From: Chlorokybus atmophyticus
Lineage: Eukaryota > Plantae > Mesostigma and Chlorokybus algae
DNA length: 64,000 nt
Reading direction: 5' to 3'
Assembly: GCA_009103225.1 (NCBI GenBank)
Contig: RHPI01000671.1
Span: forward strand, 402,100-466,099
The position numbers and the translations under genes were made by a program. Positions 1 through 19,919 of this stretch are shown here, in pieces; position 1 is the first letter of the stretch; every line of letters begins with the position of its first letter. The notes beneath the pieces are model-generated. The model saw only the letters and a program-made list of their open reading frames with translations. It had not been told where the DNA came from and did no database searches.

Positions 1-2896
<2,896 letters not shown>

Positions 2897-4755
2897 GGCA
2901 GCTACTGCCGCCTGTGCAAGCAAAGACAAAGCAGCAGAGACAGATCAGCTATCCCAAACCTAGCAGTGTGTGCAACTGCTTGCCCTGTGAACATAAGTCT
3001 GCACACTTGGCGCTGCCTTGCATGCTGAAAGCAACAACGACAAGCACACGCAGCTCTTCCCACTCCACTCACACCCACACCCACACCCACACGCTTACCA
3101 GTAGAGCGGCGGCGCCAACTCCCAGACCTCTCCTCAGAGCCTAATACTGTGTGTCAACAATGGCCACGGTGGCTCATATGACAGCGCTCCCATGCGGACA
3201 CTTGTGATGCTCTTCCGCACACACAAACACGCACACCAAGCACGCGCCAAGCACGGCGCGGCTTTCGGTCACGTAACGGCACGGAAATAACTGCCGTGCC
3301 GCTTCGGCTGCCGCTCGCCGAGCTGGGCTTGGAGAGGGAGCCTACGTCACGGGTAGGCAACGTGCCTCGATCGTAGTACACTGAAGCCAGCTTGCCGTAC
3401 TCTCTGGCACTCAGTTTGAAGCATGTTACCACCTTTGATATGTATAAAAGGGCCCTTGTATCCGGCGCGTATCACAAGACGTGTTGCGAGCCAGAGTGTC
3501 AATGATTGCAACACAAAGTACTCGATTCACATGGAGACGTCACCGAGCCGGACACACATTGCATGCACGGACAAGCGCTAACCGCACCAGTGGTGGCACC
3601 AACTGAACCGACGTGCGATCGGATCGGGGCTCAAGCGGATCATCAAGAGGTTCAACAGCAACGTGGTGTAACGCCGGCAGCGGTTACAACGAACAGGTGT
3701 TCAAAAGGCCCGATTACTTACTGGTAGGCGCATTTCGCACAGAGCATGATGTTTGTCCTCTGCCATCTTATAGCTCTTTGCGAGTAACTCGCTTGGTTTA
3801 ATTATAAGCATGACATGCTATAAGGGTTAAGAGCTTGCTATGAAGGGAATTGTGCTGCCCATTAAGCCGCGCCCATCACGCTTATTGCACTCATTGTGAT
3901 CAATGTAGCCATTACGATATGTTTACCCCTTGTTACACATCATGCGTCATGCCCTGCTCTATGTTTGAAGAATTTACTTAAATTGTTCAATTATAAACAA
4001 GCATTGTAAAAATAGGTTTCGTATGATACAGCTATTAAGATAGATTTTTATTCCGTCTCTACCACTTCATCATCTATTTTGGTGACGAACAGGATACAGC
4101 GTACATCATGTAGGCTACATGCTATTCGTAAGTGATAGTAGTATGGTGCATGCAGTGCCTGCATGTGTCTTACTGCTGTTACTTCGATACATGCGCAGAA
4201 GATTTTATGTAAAAGTAAATAGACGTTGACCTTAAAACAGTGGCTCAATTTGTCTTGACACATGCAATAACATCAATATGCTGTGTCATTCAGCAATGGA
4301 TAGCAAATAAAATGCGTCAATGATGATGCCATTTTGCAATCATTATGATCATGCAAAGGTTGTACACCTCTGCAGCAGGCTTGCAATGTTGTTTCATGAG
4401 AACCTTACAAATCGATTAGAGCTTTGAAACTTACGAGCAGCTATGCTCCAGATGAAGGGTTGTCCCACTTGCACGGCCAAACTCAATCCACCCTTGTTGC
4501 CAACATGGTTACCAAAGCTGAAGTTCAGTCGAAGTCTGCCGCACACCTTCCAATGTAGTGCGCTCCTTTCAAGCATCACGTCACCTTTCCCAGGCACGAT
4601 GCCTCTTGAAGGTCGAGCTGATCAACGCGTTTATCTTATCCTGCAACTGACAGCATTGATGCGCATAGACTTTTTGCAAAAACTTCACACGTTGTGAGCG
4701 TGACATATTGGATCTTGAAGAATCAAAGCCATACTACGCCTAGTAGATGGCATGC

Positions 4756-4757
<2 letters not shown>

Positions 4758-4814
<57 letters not shown>
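4758..4814. repeat. (CT)n microsatellite, intergenic
   Basis: Directly visible run of about 28 CT units. Confidence 0.97.
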
Positions 4815-4816
<2 letters not shown>

Positions 4817-5622
4817 CGGGAGGCCGCTCAATGATCGCTAACATCGCTCCTGCCACCGCCGTCTCTTCTTACGTCATCAATGGCACTGCGTGTAGGTGTC
4901 CCCAGCTGGGCACCATTGCAGCTATGCAATGCCGCTGGGCCATGCGTCTCAATATTTGTGTGCTTGCTAGCATAATCGTGCGCGTAGTTACAAGTGCGCC
5001 TGGACTCACTCAAGCATGCTGATTTGTAAGTAAAGTGGAGGCGCTATGAGAACAAGCGGTTGCAGATGTTCCTTTGTGACATGTGTGCTGACCAACATGT
5101 GGCAGTGTCATTGCCCGTTTCTGCACACGCGTCCCCATGTCTTCGTTTGAGGCACCAACATTGTGTAGAAGGGGTATGCTGGTATGCCCGCATGCAAGGT
5201 GTGACATTCATAGTGACATGCATGTGACCATCATCACATATTACTCAACCAAGCCACCATTGTACAAAGTGCAGGACACGCATGTGTCTATGTGTATTAA
5301 CAATAAAGTGCAATTGCCCCTGTGCTGATATATGCAACGGTGTCACGTGCAGACAGATCTCAAAGTGTTAGCTACCTTAGCAATTGCTAACATTGTGTGC
5401 TGGGGCTGGCAAGAATTAGGGAAGCTCAAGATGCGAGCGAAAGATCTCTTATGCAAAGCTCTGCCCTTGACAGGAACAATCGACTGTAACTGGGTCTGCA
5501 AGCCTACAACCTGCAACCTGTTCGCTTCATCTTCGCAAAGCTGCCAACTGCGGAGCAACAGGTGCTGTGCTGCAGAGACTTGTCAATCTCTACAATGTTG
5601 TAGTCTATCAGGCCTATGTCAG

Positions 5623-8315
5623 CTACAGCCAACCAAACACAGCAGCTATGGGTAAATGATCGCTGGGATGCCCATCATTCGGTATTCCAACGCCAACAGT
5701 GCCGTTGCCCGCCTCCGGCAACCGCAAAAGATGCGTCAACCGCAAGGAAGGCGAGCCGCTGTGCATGATGTAGTCAATGGTGGCCTTAAAATCTGGTGAA
5801 TAGGTGGTAAAGTTGGGCTCGCCTGCATCAGTTTGGCCATCTCCAACCGCTTTGTACACTGCATACGCGCTGGACAGGCGTAGCGGTGCTGCAACGTCTA
5901 TCATATCTGATGGGCGATCATCGCTGCTCTGGCTTTGCCGTTTATGCCAGCAAGGCGCAGGGATGGTCACAGGTCCCGTTGTAACCAACTTGTATACCTG
6001 GCGGTTAGCATAGACACCGCTTGTCAACAGCAGAATTGCGCTGGCAGATTAGAGATGACAATGTGCAGCAGGCATTTCAGAAGGCATTGCTGTGCCAACC
6101 TTTTTATCACAAACGGTCATCACAGAAGTTGCATAGTTACAGCACTCACATCACTGTCAGGTGTGGAGTTAAAGTCACCGCACACAACAATTGGCAGTGT
6201 GTTCCCATTCCCTCGCAAGTCCGTACTGGCTGCTTGAGTGCGAAACGAGGCCAGCGCCTCCAACAAGTGGCTTGCCTGGGCTAGCTTGACATCATCCAGC
6301 TGAGGGTCTGAAGTGCATGGCTGTGTTTACTGACAACCATGGAGAGATTATCAAGCACACCCAGCATGACTTGCATGCCATATGCATACAATTGCTGCAA
6401 CGGGGTACCAGTGATTGCTCGAATTGTACTAACCCCAGTAAAGGTGCGTTGAAGCCACGACCAGCGCCTTGTGCGGAAGCTGCTTGCTGCGAAACATGCC
6501 CATCATAGCCACGCAGTCCCGCGAAAGGCGCACCTGCAATGCAGTCAGTCGTTGGAACAGCAGCAACGTCGCATGTCTATCTTCGTTTGTCCAGTACACA
6601 CAACAGCCATTATATCAAACATCAAGGCTGCCAAGGCACGTACATGAGGGTCGTTGTAATCATACTGTACACTGCCATTTGTTGGCAAAGAATTGGTTGC
6701 CCCCACTGAGGTCGGATGCCCTGTCACGTATGGACTGATGAAGTGTAGGCACGCTATGTGGATTAGCCATCAAATGCACAAAGCAAGCAGCACTTAGTCC
6801 AAGCAAGTTACCGGCTTCTGTGAGCTGCAGATGTTTGGCAGCAATGTCATTGAACTCAATGCCTTCAGACTGCATGAGCTCAAACCTGCCAAATCACATC
6901 TTACTATGCATGCATTCTTGCATACAAGGCAACGAAGCAGGTATCATAATACTTGGCAGCATGTTTGTACCATACCGCACCTGTCCTTGCGAAAGAACAC
7001 AGCACTGCCATCTTTCTTCACACCAGTCCGCTTTTTGTAAATGGCATCGTACCCAGCTTCAGCCAGCATGGGCTTGTAGAAGGTGTCAAAGGTGTCGACC
7101 TCCTGTAGAGCATATGATCAGCGCAAAGCTTGGACCGACCTTGGTGTCAAGAAACTTTGTAAGCCAACATTGCCATGTGTTCAAAATGACGCATGGCCTA
7201 GCTGTCATACCTGTAAGCAGAGAAAATCTGCATCAAACGATACCAACTCTTCCACTAGAGCGGATGATCGGCGATGCCACCTATCAGTACAAGACGTGTT
7301 AACTAACCACACTGTGCGGAAGTTAGGGGGGCAAAGATTGCACACTGCAGTGCAGTGACTGTGTCAGAGTTGCGAGGGCACTGTGTTGCTGTTTACTATT
7401 ACTTGAGTGCAGCCGAGGGAGCATAGGGATACCAGCTAGAACGCACGTACACCTGCCAATGTTCATGTCAACAACCAGGGTATCACTAGCCAAGGCTGTT
7501 ACTGCTAGCAACACCCTGCTAGCTGGCAGCCTATTAACAGCAACAGACATGTCCTAAGTTCTACATCAGAAAGGAGTGCAACGTGCTGTGAAGTGTAACA
7601 AGCATCACCCCTGTGCACTGTCATAGAGGATGCCAATACAAAAATCGCCACCTAAGCACAGCACTTACCTGTGCTAGTATATTATATGATACAACCTTCA
7701 CAGGCAGCTCTGCGGCAGACAAGCATGTTACAGACAGAAAAATGCCATCGCATGCCGGAGACTACCAAAACTCACCTTCAAGCTCAGATGGCACTTGGCC
7801 GTTGCCATGCACAGGTAGAAAGCATGGCGCGTCCAACCTATATTTATCCTTCAAACTGCTGCCAGCGCTGACTGTTGCACCTGCTGTCTCACCCTGTCAA
7901 TGGCTTGCATTAGCACAACTCTGTGAAGCAAAGCTGGGAACTATTGCCACGCTGCTTGTGCTGTAAGCAGCAAGAAGGCATGCTGTCACCAGCACGCGTT
8001 TAGGCACATGGAAGCAAGCTGTGATTCATGCAGCTATTACATCGTTAGCATGCTGTAAACAACAAGGGACACGAGGAAGGGGGGGGGGGGGGGGGGGGGG
8101 GGGGGGNCCTCCATTGCAAGGGTGGCTGTGACACAGTTGGAAGATGCGGTTGGAGCAGAACGTCTAGAAAAGAAATGGCAATGGACTCGAGCCGGCTGCA
8201 AGCGACAGGACAGCCTGATTGTGCTGTGCAACAGCGGGTGCATGCGCGGCGCTGTATGTGCAGCCACTGCACCAGTCAAAACTGACGGCCGGGCGCCGCA
8301 AAGCGAGGCAGACAT
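5623..8315 (-). CDS. CCR4/nocturnin-like endonuclease/exonuclease/phosphatase (Arabidopsis Hesperin/CCR4-4-like) with a probable organellar presequence
   Basis: Exons read KVVSYNILAQ|VYVRSSWYPYAPSAALK|WHRRSSAL...DADFLCLQ|EVDTFDTFYKPM...KKDGSAVFFRKD|...|VRLSRDCVA...LVVASTHLYW|LDDVKLAQASHLL...VVCGDFNSTPDSD|...GEPNFTTYSPDFKATIDYI...GIPNDGHPSDHLPIAAVF. These are the EEP catalytic motifs YNILAQ, LQEVD, GDFNS, IDYI and PSDH. The first exon (8315) lies next to a G-run with an N, so the start is less certain. Confidence 0.88.
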
Positions 8316-9653
8316 CTTGCCATGCGATGATCCTGTGTGGCAACGCCAAACTCAATACGACTGTCAAACCAGCTCCCGAAAACTGGGTATGCTGGCGCAT
8401 TTCACTGCTTGAGGTCGCAAAGCTCCTCTAAGCGCATTTTGCCACAAATTGCGAGGAACACAAGGAGCGTTGATGAGGGACATAAAAGACAGCGCAAGAG
8501 AGAATCCTGTTGTGCAATCGGACATACTTCTGCACACAAGCAACAGCATGTCCGCAATCTCTCAAAAACTGTCTGTGAAACAAGCAGTGAGCACACCTTG
8601 CCTGTGCCTGAGTGTCGCGACAGCTGTGCGAGATCAAGTAACTAAAGTTGACAGTGCAAGTTGAAGTCAACAGGCAGTGCTAGCCTAGCTCTGCTGCACA
8701 ACTGATTGCTGTAAGGCGTTGACTCAAGAGCCAACGACCAGCGTTCAACAACCGAACAAGTGAATAAACGAATTACACCGGTACCAACAGGTAGGCGAGG
8801 TTGGCGGTGTTTAAGGCTACTCAACAACCTAACCTACAATACTGAACGAATAGTATTGTAGGTTACTGTCAGACAGCGGCCTCCGCATGAATATATATGT
8901 AATGTCTAACAAACTGCCCCAGACAGGTCTGAGCCAACGTGCCATCCCCAGCTGAAACCCACAACGCACCTCCAATTGTATTGCAACACTTTCCCGCCCG
9001 CAGCTCCCCAACGCTTAGGCCATCTCGCACACTTCTACTACCACAGCACTACTCAATCCGCTAGCCCAATTGCCAGTATTGCAATTCCAATCTGCCAGCT
9101 AGCGCGCTGCTGAGACAGCCTCCTGACACAGCGCACGGTGCGACAATTCCACAGCCACCACCACCACCACCACCACTGTCACCACCGCCGCCGCCGCCGC
9201 CACGTCACCGCCACCGCCACCGCCGCGGACGACGCCACCACCACACTGCCCACCTCAGCTGTGAGGATGAGCGTGCCAACTCAGCAGTCGCTCGCCTCCA
9301 ACTTGGCAATGCTTATCCACACGGCAGCTCCGAAATCCATGAGACTGGTAGTAGGAATCCTACATCGCAGAACTGGTTATGCTTACATGTATCGGTATAC
9401 ACATATCGGTATACCCCGGGGCAAGAGCCTATACACATAAACGTATACTTAATTTATATATGCAAGTGTAGCATCACATGTCAAGCTCTAGATGTCGTAC
9501 AGCTCTGTCAGGGTTTCGCTTCAACTTTTGCACTGCTCTGCATTCGTGGTCAAGTGACTGACTGGGCTGCGGCGGCGGCGGAGCTGTGGGTGGGGGTGCG
9601 TGCAGGTGTCAGCATGCAGTAGCTAGTTGTGGTTGGTCTTCGAGAATCTGGGG

Positions 9654-12112
9654 ATGGCTGTTGACGATCCGTTCAAGAACGTCGGCACCAAGGAGTACAC
9701 CGGCCACAAGAAGGCGGTCAGTGCCGGTGCTTGTGCGTGGGCCGCCTGTTGGTTGCACTGGGCTTGCTGTCGCTAGACTGGCTTAAAAGCGTGCATGCAA
9801 TGCTGCCTCTACTGTCGCGTCGTCCCATCAATCTTTGCAGTTTTGCTAAATTGGAATGCACGCGGGCGCAATGCTTATCGTCACGCAACAGTGGTTGCCA
9901 TTGAGTGCAGTCTCTCGCCACAAACAGTGGGTCAGGCTTCAACAGTGTCGCAATTTGAGCTTCACAGGTGTTCTGTCTGCTGCTGCATAGTCAAAATAAG
10001 ATACGACATACAACACGTGTGGTGACCATTTTATCGAAGCATTGACCACAAACAAGCTGCATGCTTCGATCGTGCAACACGTGCGGTGCTGGTTGTGTAG
10101 GTTGGGCGGAGTTATCTAAGGTTGGCTTCGAGTAGTTTTGTTAATCCTGCTGACTCATTTACCCTGCAGGTGCACTCGCTGTCCTGGAACTGTGCTGGTC
10201 GCAAGCTCGCATCTGCTGGGGCGGACAATAACGTGCGCGTATGGAATGTTGAGTACCAAGGCCATCATGTGAGCATATCGTTGCAGCTTAGTTATTAGCC
10301 GCGAGCAAGCGCTTGGCATTGGTTTTACGCATGGCTGCATGCAACCCACCATTGCAGGTTGTGTAGTAGAACTGCACACATGAACGTGTATATGCTCAAC
10401 AAAGTTCATTGCAGAACCGTGACAGTGAAGCGGAGTTGCGAGGGCATACCAGCTCTATTCAGCAGGTGAGCATGATCGACGCATCCATCTAGACAGTGAA
10501 ACCGACAAAGTTTGTGTATGAGGGCAGGTTGTGTGGGATCCACGTTCAACAGACCACCTCGCAACCGCGTCCGGCGATCACACTGTGCGGCTTTGGGACA
10601 CCAGATGTGAGTTTTGCATGTGAGACATGCCAATGTGTGCATCTGCTTGATATACATCAAGCGTTTCAACATGTCTGAACACATGTGAATGCAAATGCTG
10701 TGTTTGGTCTTGGCAGCGGGCAAGAGCACCGCCAGTGTGAACACAAATGCTGACAACCTCAACCTTACCTGGAGCCCAGACGCCAACTTGATAGCTGTTG
10801 GCACTGAGGTACAGTACCGTGGAATTGTTGCTTGCATGCCCTGGATTGTTGCCAGTTTGCAACAAAACATAAACCAAAACAGTAGCTGATTCTCCGTTGC
10901 ATTAATGCTAGGAAGACGCCCTCATCCTCATTGATGCACGCAAGGGCAGACAGCTGAAGACCATCAAGTATAGTTTTGAGGTACATGCAGTGGTTGTTGC
11001 ATCCCATGGCTCATGTTCTCGACTGTAACCAGCCCAATGTCGCAGGTTTGTTGAATTGCACACACCACGCACAGCCATGTTTGTCATCATGCGCTGTACT
11101 AAGTCACATCACATCCACCCATGAACACAAGCCCCACGTGAATCACGTGTATGTTGCAAATCTGCTTGTCCTGGCGCAGATCAATGAGTTCGAATGGACC
11201 AGAAGCGGAGATTTCCTGCTTGTCACAACTTTTCAAGGCATCATGATTTTGAGAAGCCCCTCATTGGAAATAGTGAGGGTGATTTTCCTGCCGAGCGGGA
11301 ACTACTCCATCAGTGTCGACCATACGGGCAAGTAAGAGCGAGAGCAACAGACTGAACAATGTGCAACAATACGCTAGTGCATAGCAGTCTCCTGACAACA
11401 ATGCCGTCTCCTGGCGTGCACAACATCATCTGGCTGGCACCCTCAGGAGGGCAGCAACAGGCGGCGCAGATGCTATGGTCCATGTCTGGGACATGTCTGA
11501 GATGGTGTGCATCAAGACCAGACCCTTTGGGCATTTTGAGTAAGAAATTGTTGACTGCCGTATCGCTCATACACCTGTGTTGCATGTACAGTAGATAACT
11601 CAAGAGAATCGGCGTGTCGTATTGCCACATGAGTGACCATACTAGCACATGCCGCTGTGCTTGTCTGCACCAAGGTTATGGATTGTCCTGCATGCAGGTA
11701 CCCTATCAGGAGCGTCAAGTACAGCCACGATGCGCGGTACATTGCCGCTGGCGGTGAAGACCGCTGCGTGGACATCGTGAGTGCGGCAACATACTATTTG
11801 CAGCAGGCTTAGTGTGACAATCACCACTTGTCTCAACTCCGTTTGCATTAGGCTGATGCGGAGACCCTTGAGTCAGTGCACTTAATACCGTCTAAGCAAG
11901 TGATCAACACGCTTGCATGGAACCCAAAGTACCCTCTGCTTGCATATGCTGGAGACGAGACAGATACGGGTTACAGCGAACGCCACACAGGTAAGAGTCT
12001 CACTCCCGCCAAAGGCTTATTGCCACAGCTCTGTGCATCACTACTCACTGTTCTGATTTTGTTTGCAGGCATTGTGCGAGTGTTTGGGTTTCCATCGTCC
12101 TCATCATCGTAA
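9654..12112 (+). CDS. THOC3: THO complex subunit 3 (TEX1), WD40 repeat protein
   Basis: MAVDDPFKNVGTKEYTGHKKA|VHSLSWNCAGRKLASAGADNNVRVW...|...LATASGDHTVRLWDTR|...NLNLTWSPD...|INEFEW...|...GGADAMVHVWDMSEMVCIKT...|YPIRSVKYSHDARYIAAGGED...|...LAWNPKYPLLAYAGDE...|IVRVFGFPSSSSS*. About 11 exons with GT-AG junctions, matching plant TEX1. Confidence 0.92.
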
Positions 12113-12589
12113 ACCGGCAGTGTCTGGGCCAAAAAGCTCAAGTCCCAGTCATGCAGACGTCATGCACACGCCAGAGGCAGCAAGTGGAGTGACGCAGCCT
12201 GTATGTACACAAGAAGTGTACGAGTCCAAGCCTATGAGCTATCAGCGCATTTCTTCACTCCCTATGTCATCTCCCATGACGCACGCTGCGCATACTGCTC
12301 TCGCTGATGTGACCATGCAGTACAACCTGTTCTGCCACTGAGACGTGGCTGCGCTGGTCCACCATGACTGTGTCAATCCTGGCCAAGATGGGGTGAAATG
12401 GATAAGAAGCCTTGCTGGTTGATGTGTGCACTGCACTGTGAGAACTGCAGCTGTACTGGTGCGACAAGCCGATTACCAGCTGCTGAACTGGTTGAATATG
12501 AGTGATCAATCAAGATGTTGCAGTTGATTGACTGTATTGTGTACAGTAAGCACTAGACGACTGGCTGTAAGTGCTTGGGTGAGCCGAGT

Positions 12590-14462
12590 GCAGATTACCT
12601 TGAGGCAGCCCACAGCTGCTCCAGCTGCTCTGACAGACGCTCAACCAGGCTTTGATCGGGAGGCAGAATTTCTGCGCCACCACCTTTGCTGAAAGGTGCA
12701 AGGCATTTGTGAGAAGCCAGTGTGTCATGCACAGGTGGGGATAACCAGCAAGTTGCATGTCACAACTCGGCGATAACCAATGCACTACGTCATGTGTACC
12801 TTTGCACTTTGGCCACAGACAGTGCAGACTCGCGTCCCGCCTGTTGACACACATCAGGGTCAGGTTGGTCACGAACACAGAGCAAGCGCAGATGATCAGC
12901 ATACAAGCCACACGTGTGCACCGCAACATCCAGTAAAGGCCACACAGCAACCCAACTAGCCCCCAACCTCCTCAGCCTGCCTCTCCCGCGCTTCCCGTGC
13001 AGTCCGCAGCTCCCACACAAGCCTCTCCCCCGGCACCTCCCACTGGCCAATCACCCGCGTCCGCTGCTGCCGGTCATGCCCGTTGCCATTACCATCGATG
13101 TACATTTCCAACAGCGGATGGGATGCGGGTGCGCCGGCGCCAATGCTGCTGGATTCCCGCTGGAGAGAGGGGCTTGACCCGCGAATCACACGAGCCTGAT
13201 AACAAGCAATTAGTGATGTTTGTCGAAGTATGCACCTATGCATGGATGTGCGTAGGTATACAGGCATTACGTTTGGGGCTGAAGGCAGCCAAGTTGCTCG
13301 TGGAGAATAGTGGTCATAATGCACACAAAATATGATGAACGAGCAAAGGCCATTGACATGTACGTGCACAGTTCAACAACAACACACCTGTCGGCGCATT
13401 TCGCGTGCAGCGCGGCGTCTGGTCCTGCGCCTGTCCTCCCCGAGCACCGCCTCCACCGCCACGCGCGCCGCTGCCCGTGCCACCCACCGCGGCACCTCTG
13501 TCAGCATGTACAATCAATCATTGTTGTTATGCTGGCAACAACCAACAACTTATCCAAGTTGCTAAAAGCGTATGGTACGGTTACCGCAACATACTCTCAC
13601 CTTCTGGGTTACTGGAGCGTGACGTGGATGGTGCTGCAGCGCCATCAGTTGACTTGTTGTTATCACGCTCTTGTCCGCGTGCACTTGCAGTTGCAGGGTG
13701 AGATTGTGATTGGTGTTTTGAGCGGTACTCCTCGCTAATGATGCGCAGGATAGGAACTTGAGGGGAAGATGTGGTTGTAGTTGGTTTCTCATGCCTGGCG
13801 GGAGGTGTTTGCTCCCTCTGGTCGTCTTGTTGAGTCAAGCAGGTCAGCAGCAGGGACCCTGCTCTAAACTTCGTCTTGGTGGACACGCCCTGCGGCGGGG
13901 CATATGACTTGCACCCTCCCCTCTTCCTGCTCAACTACACGTATACACACAAACGCATGGGTGGTTGAGCATATAAGCTCTTGCACGCGTACATGCACGC
14001 ACACGCACACATGTGTAAAAGCAGTGCGCCTGTGCGCACGCGCACGTCCTCACACATACACACACACACACACGAGCGCGTGCGCGCACCTCACTCACGC
14101 ACGCACACACACACACACATTACCTACCGACGGTGTTGTTTTGCACTGTCATTGTACTTACATGTGTGGTGCACAAATTCTGGCGGGATCTCTGGGCCGA
14201 GAGCTCCAGCAGCACCCGCTCAGCATAGGTCGATGAGGGTGTTGAGGTTGAGCGTGCGGAGGAGGAGGAAGAATTCAAGCGAGGTGATGTGGCAGGAGAT
14301 GACGAGCTGGTTGAGGTTGTGGGCTGTACACTCGCAGAGTGAGAGAGTGCGCGTGTGTCTGTGCCATTGCGCGTGTGTAGTTGTATGTGGGCATGCGCGC
14401 CTGTGCCGGTGTGTAGGCAGACGGGTCGGCGTGTGTAGACGAGTGCGTGCGCGTGCGTGTGT

Positions 14463-14503
<41 letters not shown>

Positions 14504-14576
14504 CTTTGTTTTCCAATGTGCGTGTGAGCGAGCATCACATTCTCACACCCACCTTGCACCCATCAGACCTCCTCAT
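12590..14576 (-). CDS. Hypothetical spliced protein; exon structure and 3' end uncertain
   Basis: Phase-consistent exons: MRRSDGCK|PTTSTSSSSP...YAERVLLELSAQRSRQNLCTTH|GVSTKTKF...SSNPE|EVPRWVARAAARVAVEAVLGEDRRR...RQ|... and later WVAVWPLLDVAVHTCGLYADHLRLLCV...|KGGGAEILPPDQSLVERLSEQLEQLWAAS. The middle junction is unresolved and no domain was recognised. Confidence 0.5.
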
Positions 14577-16093
14577 CGCCTTGCCCTGAACCCTCACCAC
14601 TATCCCCACCCCCACCCCCCTCCTCCACCCTGCCGCCCACCCTGCCACGCCAGCGCCCGATGACCGCCTGCCGAAACAGCATTGAACCGGCGCGGAGATA
14701 TCACTGATATCATGTCAGGCTCCGAGTCAAGGTTGATATCGACATAGTGGAAAAGGATTGTTATGTCTGCGTGGCTCTTATATCGAGGTTCAAACCGTAT
14801 ACATCATTTACCATTTCGTGTCAGTCACGTGCCACAAATTACCCCTGATTGTACCAGCCGTACAGTGGCATACAGTCTACCCCCGCTAAGAGACTTCGCT
14901 CCAAGAGAATAACCCCGTTTGTAGCATAGAATGTGGGATAACCAATAACCTTACAGGCAAATGTTGGCGCTTAAAAGACTTGACAAACCACAAAGAGCAT
15001 ATGTCTTGTTACTGAAATACTTGCAAGTTTGAGTGTGCAAAATTTCGAACATCGAGGGAGGAGACGTGACGAGTGTGGCATAAGGCGTAATGTTCGTGAC
15101 GATCAGGGCGTGTTGGGCAAGATGTGATGTGAAACCATTCAGGTGTGACGTAACATACTGCGCGTGACGTAATGGGCGTAATGGGCGTGATGAAACCGCA
15201 TTCATAGCATATGTATGCTCCTGACATCCAAGAGCATATTATGCTCTTGTACGCCAAGAGAACTAGACGTCGCCAAGAGCATAAGATAGCGGAGGATAAA
15301 CAGTATGCTCGTAAAGGGGTTAGACTGTAGCCCGGCCTTTGAATGTGTATGATGGCGTCGTGTCTATAATGGAAAAGGTGCCGTTGCACGTACATAGCGA
15401 ACGAGCGCGTGCAACGTGTATGTACGTATCGTACATTGTCCAGGGTACTACACACTCATCATTTGCTGGTACGCTACGCACAGGTACGCTGAGTGCGTAA
15501 AATCTACTACGTTTACGCAACTTGACCCTTCCTCTGTTAACATGCCTAAGTCATGATCATAGCGGAAAGGTCATGCTCATACCCCCTGGTAGTCATGGCC
15601 CCCTTGCCATGACTATAGGCATGACGGTGTTTTGGTAGAAGCGGCACACGAAAAGGCCAGTTTCCGTGGCGCTGGTTTGTTTCTTGCTGCGTCTCACCCC
15701 GGTGACACCGTCACTTTTTGACGGGTATCTTGCCGTGGCGCTTCTCCGTCATAGCTTCGCACTTCTCGGGATTCTCAGTCAGCCCTTCACAGCTTGACCG
15801 GACAATCGCTGCTTCAGAGTGCCGGTACGTTAACCCGAGCTCGGTTACCCGGACGAACCGGTACACACAACAGCAACTTGTCTTCGCCGTAGTGGCATTG
15901 GCGGTGTGGGCGACGTCGGCGGCGGTAGCAGTGGAGGTGTCGGCGGCGGTGCTGGTGGTGGTGTAGTTGGCGTAGTGCGTGTCTGTGTTCGTTCTTTTGC
16001 TTAGAGTATGCGGAGACATTGCAGCGGCGGCAGTAGCTGCCGGATGTTATCGTGAGGGGGCGCAGGCGGAAGCGGCGAGGTCAAAGCAGCTTC

Positions 16094-19919
<3,826 letters not shown>

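Noticed and set aside
4330-4745. Coding-looking intergenic stretch (ORFs 4394-4597 minus, 4443-4697 plus)
   Set aside because: All frames are interrupted and no domain or splice pattern was recognised. It cannot be supported as a gene or TE fragment without BLASTx.
9138-9440. His/Arg-run ORF and MSVPTQQ... as a possible THOC3 first exon
   Set aside because: It comes from CAC/CGC triplet repeats. THOC3 already has a suitable ATG at 9654 directly before the conserved DDPFKN.
12940-12975. Possible programmed frameshift at a G5 run linking EEVGG to a hydrophobic frame
   Set aside because: The downstream splice phase supports a different frame (WVAVWPLL...) entered through an ordinary acceptor, so no frameshift is needed.
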